Part shown: positions 35,634-49,000 of the stretch, one piece after another
Layout of the letters: the number at the start of each line of letters is the position of its first letter
How positions within the stretch are numbered: position 1 is the first letter of the stretch
Assembly: GCA_047495785.1 (NCBI GenBank)
Contig: JBLDXI010000043.1
Location: 558,001-622,000, forward strand
From: Lepidodermella squamata
Lineage: Eukaryota > Animalia > Gastrotricha
Direction: 5' to 3'
DNA: 64,000 nt
Notes under the pieces: model-generated
Databases searched by the model: none
Told to the model about the DNA's origin: nothing
The model's input: only the letters and a program-made list of their open reading frames with translations
Program-made: the position numbers and the translations under genes

Positions 35634-38600
35634 ATGCCTGGCGGTCACTTTGACCCGGCCGATGCCGAGTACGAGTACCTGGTCGTCGACAAGAAGAAGT
35701 TCCAAGCGTTGTTCACGCGCGAGTTCGACATGAAGAAGAACTGCTGGATCCCGGACGAGAAGGAGGGCTACCTGCAGGCGACAATTGAATCGTCGAAAGG
35801 CGACGAGGTGACGGTGGCGACGAACCGCGGCGAGACGCGCACCGTCAAAAAGGACGACGTGCAGCAGTTGAACCCGCCCAAGTTCGAAATGGCGCCGGAC
35901 ATGGCTGATTTGACGATTCTCAACGAGGCGTCCATCCTGCACAACCTGAAAACGCGATACGCCAACAACCTCATCTACGTAAGTCACACTGTAAAATATG
36001 ATCAAGTGTCTTATAAACACAGTAGTAATCCAATTTAAGCCGAGAAAAATTTAATGAAAATTTAAAACAATAAATGATAAAGGACAATTTTTTAAATTGA
36101 AATTTTTCCATATTTCAATGAAAAATGAAAATTTGCAGGAATTATCGCAGGTCAGGACACTTCGCGCTAAACAGCGTTTCTTTCTTATTCTAATTGCTGT
36201 AAAATTAATTTTGAATGATTAATTGCGTCAATATTTAGTTCAGGGATTTTTGTACGGGCAACTTTCTATTATGCAACCAAGCCTGCACCATTTTTTCAGT
36301 ATTAAATGCGTCATTTCAGGAAATTCCAGTTTTTGTCCCTGAATTTGTTTTTAAATTACCAGATTAATTTTTTTCATAAATTTCAAATTTTTTAATTTTA
36401 ATTGAAAAACTGCGTCTATTGTTTGAAAAAATTCGTAGACTTATTCTGGGCTGTTTTGCGTCACCGTGAACCCGTACCGCTGGCTGCCGATCTACACGGA
36501 CACGGTGATCAACAAATTCCGAGGCAAACGGCGCCAGGAAATGCCACCGCACCTGTTCGCGGTCGCCGATAACGCCTACCAGTACATGCTGCAGGACCGC
36601 GAAAATCAATCAGTCCTCATTACGTAAAAACAATAATCAAAAACCTTTAAATCAGAAATTTCAAATTTCGATTTCCAGGGGTGAATCCGGCGCGGGTAAA
36701 ACTGAGAATACGAAAAAGGTCATCCAGTTCTTCGCCCGAGTTGCCCAGAGCCAGGACCCAGCCGCTCCGGGTCAGATCGGCCTCGAGGACCAGATCGTGC
36801 AGTGCAACCCGGTGCTGGAAGCGTTCGGTAACGCAAAAACTGTCCGCAACAACAACTCGTCACGCTTCGTTGGTTTTTTTTAACAACTATTGATTTTCAA
36901 GGATTTAATGAGTAATTGTTTCGCAATGCAGGGTAAATTCATCCGAATTCACTTTGGCCCACAAGGCAAGATTTCAGGCGCTGACATCGAGACTTGTAAG
37001 TCATTTCGAATTTTTTCGCAATTTTTCAATTGAATAATTTCGCTATTTTTAAAGACCTTCTCGAAAAGTCTCGAGTTACGTCGCAGCAGAAGGCCGAGCG
37101 TGGCTTCCACATCTTCTACCAACTGACTTCGAATGCCATCCCTGGCCTATGTGGTAAGCTTTGAGACCTGAAACAAATTATGCCTAAATTTCGCCAACAC
37201 TTTTGAAAATTGAAACGTTTTCTTGCGATTCCCGTGCTTGATGGATGTTGAATTTTTGAAAGCAACACTAGAAACGTTCTGTTTATCTGATTTTTTTCAA
37301 AGTATTTGGGATTTTATTTGAATTCGAAATCAAAATCAAATCTCGCTCTCTCTAAAATTATTTCCCCATCCAAAAATCATATCTCAAAAAACTGAAATCG
37401 CTGATATCTTAAATGTTTCAAAATTTCGGGAATCATGTTTGCTAGATTCAACCACAAAATTTCCGAGAAATTTACTACTCGAAATCTAGACTGGGAATTT
37501 TCTGCTTTTCATTATCCTTAAATTTAGTCCTTGAACCTCAAGTTTTGTCATGCGAATATCTTTCACCAGCTGTTGCTCAGTTATTATTTATTATTTTTAT
37601 TCAGACAAACTGCTGTTGAACCCGGACCCGTCGCAGTACACCGTTTGCAGCCACGGCGTGCTCACAGTCGAAGGCATCAACGACAAGGAAGAAATGATGG
37701 CGACGGACAAAGCCGCCGAGATTCTCGGCTTCTCCGACGAAGAACGAGCGAGCATGTACAAGAGCGCGGCCGCCATCATGTGGATGGGCGAGATGAAGTT
37801 CAAGCAACGGCCCAAGGACGAACAGGCCGAGGCAGACGGTACGGCCGAGGCCGAAAAGGTCGCCTACCTTCTCGGCATCAACGCCGCAGACCTGCTGAAA
37901 GCCCTCCTCCGACCCAAGGTCAAGGTCGGCAATGAAATGGTGGAGAAGGGCCAGAACTTGGAACAGGTCCTTTACGCGGTTAACGCCCTGGCTAAATCGC
38001 TGTACTGCCGGTTCTTCGACTGGCTGGTCCGGCGTTGCAACCAAACCTTAGACACAAATGCGAGACGGCAGTACTTCATCGGCGTCCTCGATATCGCCGG
38101 GTTCGAAATTTTCGAATTCAACTCGTTCGAACAACTTTGCATCAACTATACGAACGAACGCCTGCAGCAGTTCTTCAACCACCACATGTTCGTCCTGGAA
38201 CAGGAAGAGTACAAACGCGAGGAGATCGAATGGACCTTCATCGACTTCGGCCTCGACCTGCAAATGTGCATCGACCTCATCGAGAAACCGATGGGCATTC
38301 TGTCGATCCTCGAGGAGGAATGCATGTTCCCGAAAGCGACGGACAAAACCTTCCTCGAGAAGGTTTTCCACGGCCACATGGGCAAGTCGCCGAACTTAGC
38401 CAAGCCGAAGATGGGCGGCACGCAGCAGGCTCATTTCGAGATCATCCACTACGCCGGCACGGTTGGCTACAACACAAACGGCTGGCTCGAACGTAACAAG
38501 GACCCTTTGAACGAAACTGTTGTAGCCCTGATGGCCTCGGCTAAGGATAAAGTGTTGTCCTCACTTTTCGAGGCTCCGAAAGAGGAAGCTGGTAAGAAGA

Positions 38601-41600
38601 AGAAAGGTTCGTCCTACGCCACTGTCTCGGCGACCCATCGCGAGTCGCTGAATAAACTCATGAAGAACCTGTACTCGACGCATCCTCATTTCGTGCGTTG
38701 CATCATCCCGAACGAGCGGAAACAGCCCGGGGCAGTTGATGCGCATCTAGTCTTACATCAACTTCGCTGTAATGGTGTGTTGGAGGGCATTCGCATTTGC
38801 AGAAAAGGATTCCCGAACCGAATGATCTACCCGGACTTCAAACAACGCTACACCATCCTAGCCCCTAACGCCATACCACAAACTGGGTTCGTCGACGCGA
38901 AAGTTGTGGCGGAGAAGGTTCTCAAGGCGTTGAATCTCGATTTGAACGAGTACAGACTGGGCAAGACGAAGGTCTTCTTCCGAGCTGGGGTTCTGGCGCG
39001 TTTGGAAGATTTGCGTGACACGCGCCTGTCTGCTTCGATTTCGTACTTCCAAGCTTGGGTCCGAGGCTACATGATGCGAAAGTCCTACAAGAAACTGGAC
39101 GACCAACGAGTTGCCTTGGCTATGATTCAACGAAATATTCGAAAGTACCTAAGCGTCCGTGATTGGAAGTGGTGGAAATTGTACACTTTGATCAAGCCCC
39201 TTCTCAGCCAAGTACGTGCCGAGGATGAAATGCGCAAAAAGGAGGAAGAACTCGAGAAAACCAAAGCAGAACTCGAAAGAGTCGAGAAACTCGCGAAGGA
39301 GCTTGAGGAACAAAATGTTCGAATCACCCAACAGAAGAACGATTTGTTCATCCAGTTGCAGACCGAACAAGATTCAATGGCCGAGGCTGACGAGAAAATC
39401 GCTGGTTTAGTGACGAAAAAGGCTGAGATGGAGCAGCAGATTCGAGATGTCGAGGCGAAACTTCAGGAGGAGGAACAACGGGCTGAAACCCTGGAGAACG
39501 ATAAGACAAAACTTACTGAAACTATCGAATCTCTTCACAACAACATCTCGGACCTTGAGCATAACTTGGCGAAGGTCGAGCAGGATAAACTAGGCCGGGA
39601 ACAGCAGATTCGGAAGATGCAGGAGGAAATGAATCAGCAAGACCAATCTCTGGCTAAACTTGCCAAGGAGAAGAAAAACACTGAGGAACAGCTCCGTCAA
39701 ACCGCCGAAGCTCTTCAGGCCGAGGAAGATAAGGCGAATGGCCTGATGCGGCTGAAGCAGAAGCTCGAGCAGAACATCGACGAGTTAGAGCAAGCCTTGG
39801 ATAAGGAGAAGAAGACGCGCATCGATATCGAGAAGGCTAAACGTCGCATCGAGGCCGATATGAAGCAGACTCAAGCGGCTGTCGAGGAGTTGGAAAGGAT
39901 TCAGAAGGAGCTGGATGAAGCTTGTAAGAAAAAGGACCGTGAGCTTCAAGATTCGGCTCGGAAGTTCGACGATCAGGCTAGCGTGATTTCCCAGCTTCAG
40001 AAGAAGATCAAGGAACTCACGCAACGAATCGCCGAACTTGAGGACGAGCTCGAGCGAGAACGCCAGGGTCGTATCAAAGCTGAAAAAGCTCGGCAGGAGC
40101 TTCAGAAAGAAATGGACGATCTCGGCCAGCGATTGGACGAGGCAGGTGGGGCTTGCCAGGCCCAGGTCGAAATGAACCGCAAACGCGAGCAAGATCTTGC
40201 GAAGGCTAAGCAGGAAATCGAAACTCAGCGCGTGAACTTCGACGAGCAACTTGCTTCGGCTCGAAAGCGAGCCCAAGACCAGCTTGCAGAACTCTCCGAA
40301 CAGCTTGAACAGGTTCAACGGGCTAAATCGAAGGCGGAGAAGGAACGGAACCAAATCAAGCAGGAAGCTGACGAGCTTCATACCCAACTCGAAACTCTGG
40401 TGAAGACTAAGCCTGGTGTTGAAAAAGCTGTTAAGCAGCTCGAAGCTCAACTTGCCGAGGTGACTGCTCGCTTCGAGGAATCTCAGCGAGCTGCCCAAGA
40501 CGCGATTAGTTCAAGGTCGAAGCTAGCCCAGGAGAATGTCGAGCTAATCGAGCAGTTGGACGAAGCTCAACGTCAAGTTACAGCTTTGTCGAAGCTCAAG
40601 AACCAGATCGCTGCCCAGTTGGAAGATTCGAAGAAAGCAGTTGATGAAGAGGGTCGAGCTAAAACTCGTCTGCTAGCCGAACTCCGAGCTGCTCAGGGTG
40701 AGTTGGAGCGCCTCCGTGAACAAATGGAGGAAGACGAGGAATTGAAGAACCAACTCCAGAGACAACTCAATAAATCTACCCAAGAACTCTCCGACCTGAA
40801 AGCAAAGATCGCTAGTGGCCAAATCGGCGGGAATCAAGAGCAGGTCGAAGAGGTTCGCCGCAAGCTGAACGCTCGCCTCCTGGAGCTCGAGCAGCAGTTG
40901 GAAACGGTCACTTCGAAGGTCGTAACCCTGGAGAAACAAAAGGCGAAATTGGTCGCTGAATTAGATGATGCTAACATCTCTGCGGAAAGAGCCAATCTAG
41001 CTGCGCTTCAAGCCGAGAAGAAACAGCGCATTATCGACAAGTTGATCGAAGATTACCAGGGTAAAGTCAAAGCTGCGAACGCTGAGGCCGATGAGGCGAA
41101 ACGTGAATTGCGATCCCGATCGGCTGACGTCTTCCAACTGAAAAGTATGCTGGAGGAAGCTCGGGATGTTTCTGAAGCTCTTCGAAAAGAGAACAAGAAT
41201 CTTACTGAGGAAATCAAAGATTTGACTGATCAGTTAAACGAAGGTGGCCGATCTGTTGGCGAGGTCGAGAAACTACGTCGCCGGCTTGAAAACGAGAAGC
41301 AAGAACTTCAAGCCGCTCTGTCTCAGACTGAAAACGCCCTGCGGAATGAGGAATTGAAACTTCAACGAACCCTAGTCGACATCGCTCAATTGAAGCAAGA
41401 CCTCGAGAAGCGGCTTCAGGAGAAGGACGAGGAGCTAGAGGTTGCTCGGAAGTCACATCAACGAGCCTTGGAATCTGTCCAGGCTAGTTTCGAAGCTGAA
41501 ATCAAAGCTAAGAACGAAGCTTTGAAGGCTAGGAAGAAACTTGAGGAAGACGTGGCTGAACTCGAAGTTCAGGTCGATCAGGCTAATAAGACTAAGGCGG

Positions 41601-42713
41601 ACCAAGAGAAGTCACTCCGTCGTCTTCAACAGCAGGTCCAGGAGAACCAGCGAGTATTGGACGAAGTTACAGCTGAGCGGGATGATCTTCGAGAGCAGTT
41701 GTACTCACTAGACCGGCGTCAGATGGCGACTCATGGCGAACTTGCTGAGTTGCAATCTGCCCTGGAGCAATCTGAGAAGGCTCGTAAAACTGCCGAGACT
41801 GATCTGAGAGAGGCTGTTGATCGGCTGTACGAGTTCCAACAACAGGCTGGGTCGTTGACTGCTGCTAAGCGTAAACTTGAGGCTGATGTTCAGGCCATGA
41901 ACGTAAGGCATCAACTCATCAGCAATTTTCTTTCAAATTAGTATTATTTTTCTTAGACTGATCTCGATGATGCTATGCAACAGGCGAAAGATGCGGAGGA
42001 GCAAAGCAAAAAGTACCAGAGCGAGGTGAATCGACTTGTCGATAGTTTGAAGGCTGCTCAAGAGGCGGCTTCGCAATCGGAGCGTTTGCGAAAGCAGGCC
42101 GAACAGCAGCTGCGTGAGATGCAGTCGCGAATTGACGAGGCGGAACAGTTGACGTCACATACGAACAAGCGGCATCTGACGCGGATGGAGCAGTCGGTTC
42201 GCGAACTCGAGGCTGAGCTGGATGCGGAACGGCGGGCTCATGCTGAGACGCAGAAAATCGCCCGGAAGGCTGAACAACGAGCTAAAGATTTCCAGGCAAG
42301 TTTAGATTAATGCTATGATTGCGACGATGTTTTTCTCGAAATTTTAGGTTGAGGCCGAGGAAGAGAGACGGGGCCAAGCGAAGATGAAGGAGAGCATTGA
42401 TCTGTTCACGCAGAAGCTCAAATTCTACAAGCGTCAAATCGATGAAGCTGAAGAACTGGCAGCCGTTAACTTGGCGAAATTTCGCAAATCCCAGGCCGCT
42501 CTCGAGGAGGCCGAACAGCGCATCGAAGAGGTCGAGATTCAGATGGGCAAGCTGAAGTCTCAGTCACGCTCGACAGCCTCTCTGGCTGGAGGCCAGGGCG
42601 GCCAGTCAGGACCTAGTCGGGCAACGAGCACTATCGGCATCACCTCGTCCTCGGTGTCAAACCTGGCGACCTTCCCGGAAATGGTCATGAGCCCTCGCAA
42701 TAATCGAAAATAA
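35634..42713 (+). CDS. Mhc: Muscle-type myosin II heavy chain, 8 coding exons (35634-35978, 36439-36623, 36679-36868, 36932-36995, 37055-37153, 37605-41902, 41957-42295, 42348-42713), 1961 aa
   Basis: [15 protein letters not shown]-loop, [46 protein letters not shown] motifs, long heptad rod; exon lengths sum to 5886 nt in frame. Confidence 0.97.
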
Positions 42714-44181
42714 CAAGAATTGACAAACAAGTGTGTGCTGCATGCGCTGGTACCGAGTTCCAGGTCAAGTGAAGATGATAGCTTCAAAATGACACTTTCG
42801 CAATCGCGTCGAGCTTTGCAATGAGACTAACCCGCGTTACCCTGGTAGATTACAATTTTAGAAGGCTCTTCCTAAAAAAACTCGATTTTATTTTCGGTCT
42901 CAGGCTTGACGCGTAGCTAGACTTTTCTTGCCAGACAGGTACCTGGTTTTAGGACTAGATATCTTGGGTATTTGTTATTTTTCATTCTATTTTTACGTGA
43001 GTTGTTTTCGAAGAGATGATATTGCCGTGAGTTTTAGAAACCGATGACATTTTTACTGCTTCAAACAATTTATTACGACAATTTGAGAATTTGAAAGAAT
43101 CACTGCCGCAATATTTATCATAATATGAGAAAAGTTGGGTGTCGTAAAATAAAGTTATTTACTAGAAATTTCTAAGAGACTGGTTTACACCCCAGCTCGT
43201 CCTCACTACTCAATATCATCAGCAAGGCGGTCTTAATGTTTAAAGGACAAGGAAACCTTACGGATTCCGTACGGAAGCTGAATCGAATAAAACTGGAAAA
43301 TCAGGCGGGCAGCGGGCAGTCTGAATGATGTTAGCAGCATAATATTCTGCTTCAATGTGGAAACATTCCGGCTTACTTGGGTGTATTTTCAAGGAACATG
43401 TCGGTCAATTTCTAATCTTTCAGGTTTCCCAGCCATTACAATGTTGGGACTTTCATCAGCAAACCTTAAATTCACACCTCAAACGAGGTTTGTCAACCTA
43501 CTGCAATCCCTATAGTATAGGTATGTAGCATATTCACTGGATTTTCTTTCGCATAACAGTGTTGGCGAGGACGCGCAATTAATGTCAGGAAGAATTCTAG
43601 ACTTGAGTGTGCTGAAATTGTTTGGGTATGATCCCTGTTGGCCGAATTGGGTAGTTGTTCTTCTATACAATCAGTTAGCTGCCACATTAATTAATAGCCA
43701 CATTAAATTCGTCTTGCGATCCGGAGTTGAGCTAGTTTTTTTAGAATTATTATTAATTTTGTTTACTTAAAATTGTTTGTCTATGTTTTTTGCAGGTAGA
43801 TAGAGGTCAAAAAAGTTGCCGTCGAGTTGCGACTTGTTCACATTATTCACACGTGTTGCCTATCTTGTTGACAATTTTTTGTAATCCGCAAAAGAAAACG
43901 CAAAAACAAAATGTTGACTCGGTCTTGAGTTTAGCACCTCATAAATGTTGTCATCTATCGCATTAGCATGTGACATGCTTGTTATCATTAGAGTCGCGCG
44001 CGCGCACACACAACACAGAGAAGCATAGAGAGCAAAAACACAAGGCTTGGTATGCGGCTCTTTAATTATAACGGCACCGTGTGCGACTTTTACCTGAGAG
44101 AGAGAGACAACAAAAAACAAATAACAGCAAAACACGCGGCAGGATGTTGACTGTTTTTCGGCGAACGAATGATTTTTCGGC

Positions 44182-44188
44182 TATAAAA
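44182..44188 (+). promoter_or_regulatory. TATA box of the Gly-rich protein gene
   Basis: TATAAAA about 25-30 bp before a short non-coding exon ending at donor 44244; intron 44244-44299 directly precedes ATG 44301. Confidence 0.7.
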
Positions 44189-44300
44189 GCAGCGAACGGG
44201 CGCCGCAAATCTTCATTCATCGCTTTTGGTCTCAACTCGAAAGGTGAGCTTACTTACAACTATAACTTCATCCTATAATTTTCCCCATCGCATGTTTAGA

Positions 44301-45224
44301 ATGAACTCGTTCGCGGCTCTGCTGGTCTTCGCTCTAGTCGGCTATTCCCAGGCGAGTGGCCTCGGCCTCGGTCTCGGTGCCAACGCGGCGGCGGCCAACA
44401 ACAACGCCGGCCACGTCGCGCATCAGGTCGGAGGCGCCCATGCGAATCAAGCGGCGGCTGGTAGCCATGGCAACCACGCCAATGCGGCTGGAGCCCACGC
44501 TTCCCAGGCCCAGGGCGCTCAGGGCTCGAACGGCGGCTTCGCTTACAACCACGGCAAACAACACGCTGATGCTCAACAGGCTGCCGGACGTTACGACCAT
44601 GCTGCCTCTCTGCTAGCCGCCTCGGACCGCACCTCGGCCGCTGCTGAACAGGCTGGTGGTGACCATTCATCGTCCTACGCCTTCGGTGGGGCCCAGGGCG
44701 CCCAGGGCTCGCAGGGATCCCAGGGAGCTGCTGGCAAGGCGTCGGGTGCCGAGGCTGCCGGAGCTGAGTTCGCTCATCACAATGCTGGTGCCCACGCTGG
44801 ATCCCAGGGTGCTCAGCAGGGTGCTCACAACCAGGCCGTCCAGCAGGTTCAGCCAGCCGTTCAGAAGGTTGTCTACCAGCCGATCTACACCGGCTTCGGC
44901 GTTGGCGGTCATGGCTTCGGCAACTTGGGCTACGGTTACGGCAGCGGTGTTGGCCTTGGCTACGGAAACGGTCTCGGATTCGGTGGCCACGCTGGTTTCG
45001 GCGGTTACGGTCTCGGCCAGGCGTCGGGTGCCAACGCAAACATTGCTGGAGCTCAGGCTGGTCAGACGAGCGGTTTCAACGGATTGGGCTTCGGTCGCGG
45101 TCTTGGCTTCGGCTACGGAAACGGATTCGGCCACGGTTTCAACGGCTTCAACAACGGATTGGTCAACAACCGCGTCGGCTTCCTCAACAACAACCACGGC
45201 TTCGGGCGATTCGGCTACTATTAA
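44301..45224 (+). CDS. Secreted Gly/Ala/Asn/His-rich low-complexity structural protein, 307 aa
   Basis: Signal peptide MNSFAALLVFALVGYSQA; AQG/SQG-rich middle; GFG/GYG/GLG-rich C-terminal third ending GYY; AATAAA at about 45357. Confidence 0.88.
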   Translation: MNSFAALLVFALVGYSQASGLGLGLGANAAAANNNAGHVAHQVGGAHANQAAAGSHGNHANAAGAHASQAQGAQGSNGGFAYNHGKQHADAQQAAGRYDHAASLLAASDRTSAAAEQAGGDHSSSYAFGGAQGAQGSQGSQGAAGKASGAEAAGAEFAHHNAGAHAGSQGAQQGAHNQAVQQVQPAVQKVVYQPIYTGFGVGGHGFGNLGYGYGSGVGLGYGNGLGFGGHAGFGGYGLGQASGANANIAGAQAGQTSGFNGLGFGRGLGFGYGNGFGHGFNGFNNGLVNNRVGFLNNNHGFGRFGYY

Positions 45225-46035
45225 AGCTATTTGTCCTCCTTCCGCAGACCGCTTATTGCTTTCAAACTTATGGATTTAACTGTTGTAATGATTTAAATCG
45301 TAATCATCAAAACATCTGTGCGATGAGATCGCCTTTTTCTTTGCGGGTTACTCTGGTAATAAAAGTGACTGATCGCTCAATGGTCTGGGCTTTTTCATTT
45401 TTCGAAATAGAGATGAAGATGTGCAAAATTGGAATCGTTTTATAAAAATGCCGTGACCAGCAACTTTATTTGCCGAGTTAAGTTAAGTCCAGCAGTTTTG
45501 GCGTAGTACATTTTTATTCTCAGCTTTTTGTGCTGAGCAAATCTAAAGATTTATATTCAGTTTGATGATTAGGTACTGTGTGTGAGTTACAGCAAACATA
45601 AGAGGCTCATAAACGCGCGTATTATAAACATTTAAAAAAATGCACATCAAGGTATAGACGGGCAATTTTTCCACGTCAGGTTTTTCCTCCAGGTTAATCG
45701 CAACGATAATCATCTCTCTTGGCTGCGCTAAGTTGTCAATAGTTACATCTTCCCGCGCTCACAGGTAGTTCTGCGCAGCTCTTGCGTGATAGTGATAGTT
45801 TATCCAGTCGAGAACAATTAAAGTTCGGGCATGTTGAAAGACGCACGTTTGGGTTTTCTCAGCAAAGCGTGCCAGGTGTCGCGATCAGCTCGTGTTCGCA
45901 GTTGTCAGCAGTTGATCGCGTGCTTTGAAAAAGAATTCCGATGTTTAAAATTTCAATTCAACATTCAAAATTCAACATTTGCTTAATTTTTCCAAGATTG
46001 CTGATTCGCCTTCTTTTCACAATTTTCAAATAATT

Positions 46036-49000
46036 ATGATAATGAAGCGGTTAGCTGCAAAGTTTTGCAATGTTGCCGTCACAGCACTCTGTCTGCATGT
46101 CGCTAGCTGTTTAGCACAAACAACTGGATTGAAATACAAGAATGGTGGCTTGAACTTGGCAATAGAACTTATGGCAGTGTTTTACGGCGACGGGTTTAAC
46201 CCTTCGAGTCCGCCCTCCACGGCTGCCTGGAACCTGCCCATTCCGTTCGCCATTGCGCAGGGCGGCAACTGGTGGTACATAAATGGCCTTCAAGAGCTGT
46301 CTGCCAACCTGAGTGAGTGCGATATAATCGAACGCTGATATTGTTTTGATGACGTTGATTCTTTTTCTTTATTTGCGAAGATGAATCGGAAGCATCTGCG
46401 GTTAGGACAGCCATCGCCATGATCGAAAATTCGACCTGTGTCAACTTTACTGAGAAAACAGTTGTCTCGCCAAGCGATTCGCAATCTCTCATTTTCTTGG
46501 CTGACAGGTAAAAAGAGTGCAAGCTAATTCGGATTCCCAACTTCACATTGCCCTATTTTAATGTTCGTAGGATCAGCGACAAGGTGTATCGCACTACGTT
46601 TGTGTCGACAGCCATCAACGTGGTTTCAAATGACAGTCCGTCCTTGGTGCGTTACTTTTTCTAGTTGTGTGCTAGAAGAAACGCTCAATGTTTTCGAAAA
46701 TTGAAGCCGTCGAGACATCTTTGCGTTTCAACGTGAACCTTACGCTTCAGACCTGAAAATTCACAGAGTATTACATACACAGCAAATTAGGCCGTCCACT
46801 TCTAAATATTATAGATGAAGCCATCTGCAATGTTTTCTCAATTAGGTGGGCGACATTGTCAGTCAAATTCTCTTCTCGCTCGGCCTCACCTACGAACTGC
46901 GCCGGCCAGACCGTGACCAATACGTCAAGTTCCTCAGCTCTAGTATCGAACAAAAGTAGACTAATGCGAACAATCGCTATCATTGTAATTGCCGTCATTC
47001 ACATTTTTCAACACAGCTACGAAATATTCCCGGATGCGCCCACATATGGAAGCAAATTCGACGTCGAGTCGCTTCTGGCGCCGCACGTCATCTTCCGCGA
47101 CCCTCCCAAGCCCCAGAAGGACATCGAGCCCATAAACACCAATTACATTGGCAATTTCGCGCAAAAGCTGCGCCTGTCCCACTACGACATCTACAAGCTG
47201 AATATGCGGTTCAACTGCTTCGGTTCGCAATGCCCGTGAAATGATATATTATTCTCGGTTGTTTTCATTTCAGCAACGTGCACTGGTAGCCAGGCGGTTT
47301 GCCAGAACGGCGGTTTTCCGAACCCGAAACTGAACTGCGCCAAATGCGTTTGCCCGGCCGGCTTTGGCGGTGACCTGTGCGAAACCTACGCCCCGTCGGT
47401 CAACGCTCAGTGTGGCGGTGAAGTCGCCGTGTCGCCTTGCGATACTGTCATCTTCGAAACACCCAATTACCCCAACGTATACCCTGCTGACGCGAAGTGC
47501 TCCTGGCTGGTCAAAACCGTAAGCTGTTCTCCGTCAAGTAATTTCAATAACAAATTTCAATAATGTCACTTAGACAGCCGGCAGTGGACTGATTCTTGCC
47601 TTCGAACGCGATCCAGGACTCGCGGTCGCCAACAACAGTGAGTAGTTGCCACGCCTTGGAAAATGTTACAACGATTCGCCAATGCATAGGTGACAAATTC
47701 TGCGTCGATTTCATACAAGCTCGTGATTTAGGTGCTGATGGCTACTCAGGCTTCAGGTTAGTGATGGTCATTGCCATGATTATAGCTAAAATCTTAATGT
47801 TGTGCCTGGCAGGAGCTGTGCTAGCGGCGTTAGTGCCGGCCGGTGGTTTGTCACCGATAGAAATCAAGCTCTCGTTCGAGTCAGACAGCATCGACCAGGG
47901 CGGCAATGCTCGCGTGTACGCCTACGCGACGTGCCGCGGCGTGCGTGCTTCGACGTTCACGAAAGAGTGCCGCATCACGCCACAGGCCTTCGATTACGAG
48001 GGCGCCGCGGTGAATACAGGCTCGGAAGGCCAGCCTTGCGGGCGATGGGCAGTCGGGGGCAAGTTGATAAATTACTTGCAGTTGCCACATGGCAGCAACA
48101 TTCAGTCAGACGGCAAATGCCGAAGGATAAGCCGATGGGGCCAATTCTTGTGCATCCAAGATGAGTACTACACGGTCGACTGTAATCTGCCGCCCCTTTG
48201 CCGTAAGACTTTGCTTTTGTATAAATCATTTATTATGTGATCTGCTATTCAGCCTAAAAAACTAGGTCATTAATAACTCCAAAATATTGTCTCGAGATGA
48301 AATCCAGCGATTGAAGTACGAGATTAGGATGTAATCAAGGTAGATTCAGTAAATTTTTGAGACACATTTTTCGCTGGATTGGCGGGCATAATTCTCTTGC
48401 GAAACTGGTTTTAGGAAATGATAATTTGTTTGGCTTTGCAGGCTCTATCCTCACGAGGTGTGTTGCTTCGGCGACCGGCGAGTGGCGCGGCTGCCGGCGT
48501 GGCTGCTTAGCTGACGAGTACATGCTCAAGGGATCGGTCAACCATGTCAAAAAGAATTGCAACCGCGGGGTAATAATGACGCTAGGATCGATTTCTTTGC
48601 TTAATGATGATTGCTAATACAGCCCGCCAGAAAGTGCATAAATCGAGCTACCGGAGCTTTTCGATGCATCGGCAACGACATGAAGTGCAAGAAAGACGAG
48701 GGAGTACGTGTCGCGAAGTTGCCTCCGATTCGCTCGCTATTGTTTTGTGCCTGTTTCAGGTCCAAATCTACAATTCTTACAGGCTGTTCCGCCGCAACTG
48801 GATCCACTGCCAGCATAAAAGCGGAATGGTTGTAAAATGACAAGTGTGGGCTCTCCAAAATGTGACTTTTGTGCGTGTTTCGTAGAAATACGTTAGGTGC
48901 TTCGATGGCAAGACGCGTCGATTCAAAGACTGCCGTCGCAAGGATTTGGGCTGCCACGTCGGCGAGGTGAGCAGGCAAACGCCCAATTTTAAATTATACC

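Noticed and set aside
37531-41914. Numerous ORFs overlapping myosin
   Set aside because: Shadow ORFs of a highly biased coding exon
44296-45279. Long alternative-frame and antisense ORFs over the Gly-rich gene
   Set aside because: Expected by-product of low-complexity GC-rich codons; only the 44301 frame has a signal peptide, TATA box and splice support
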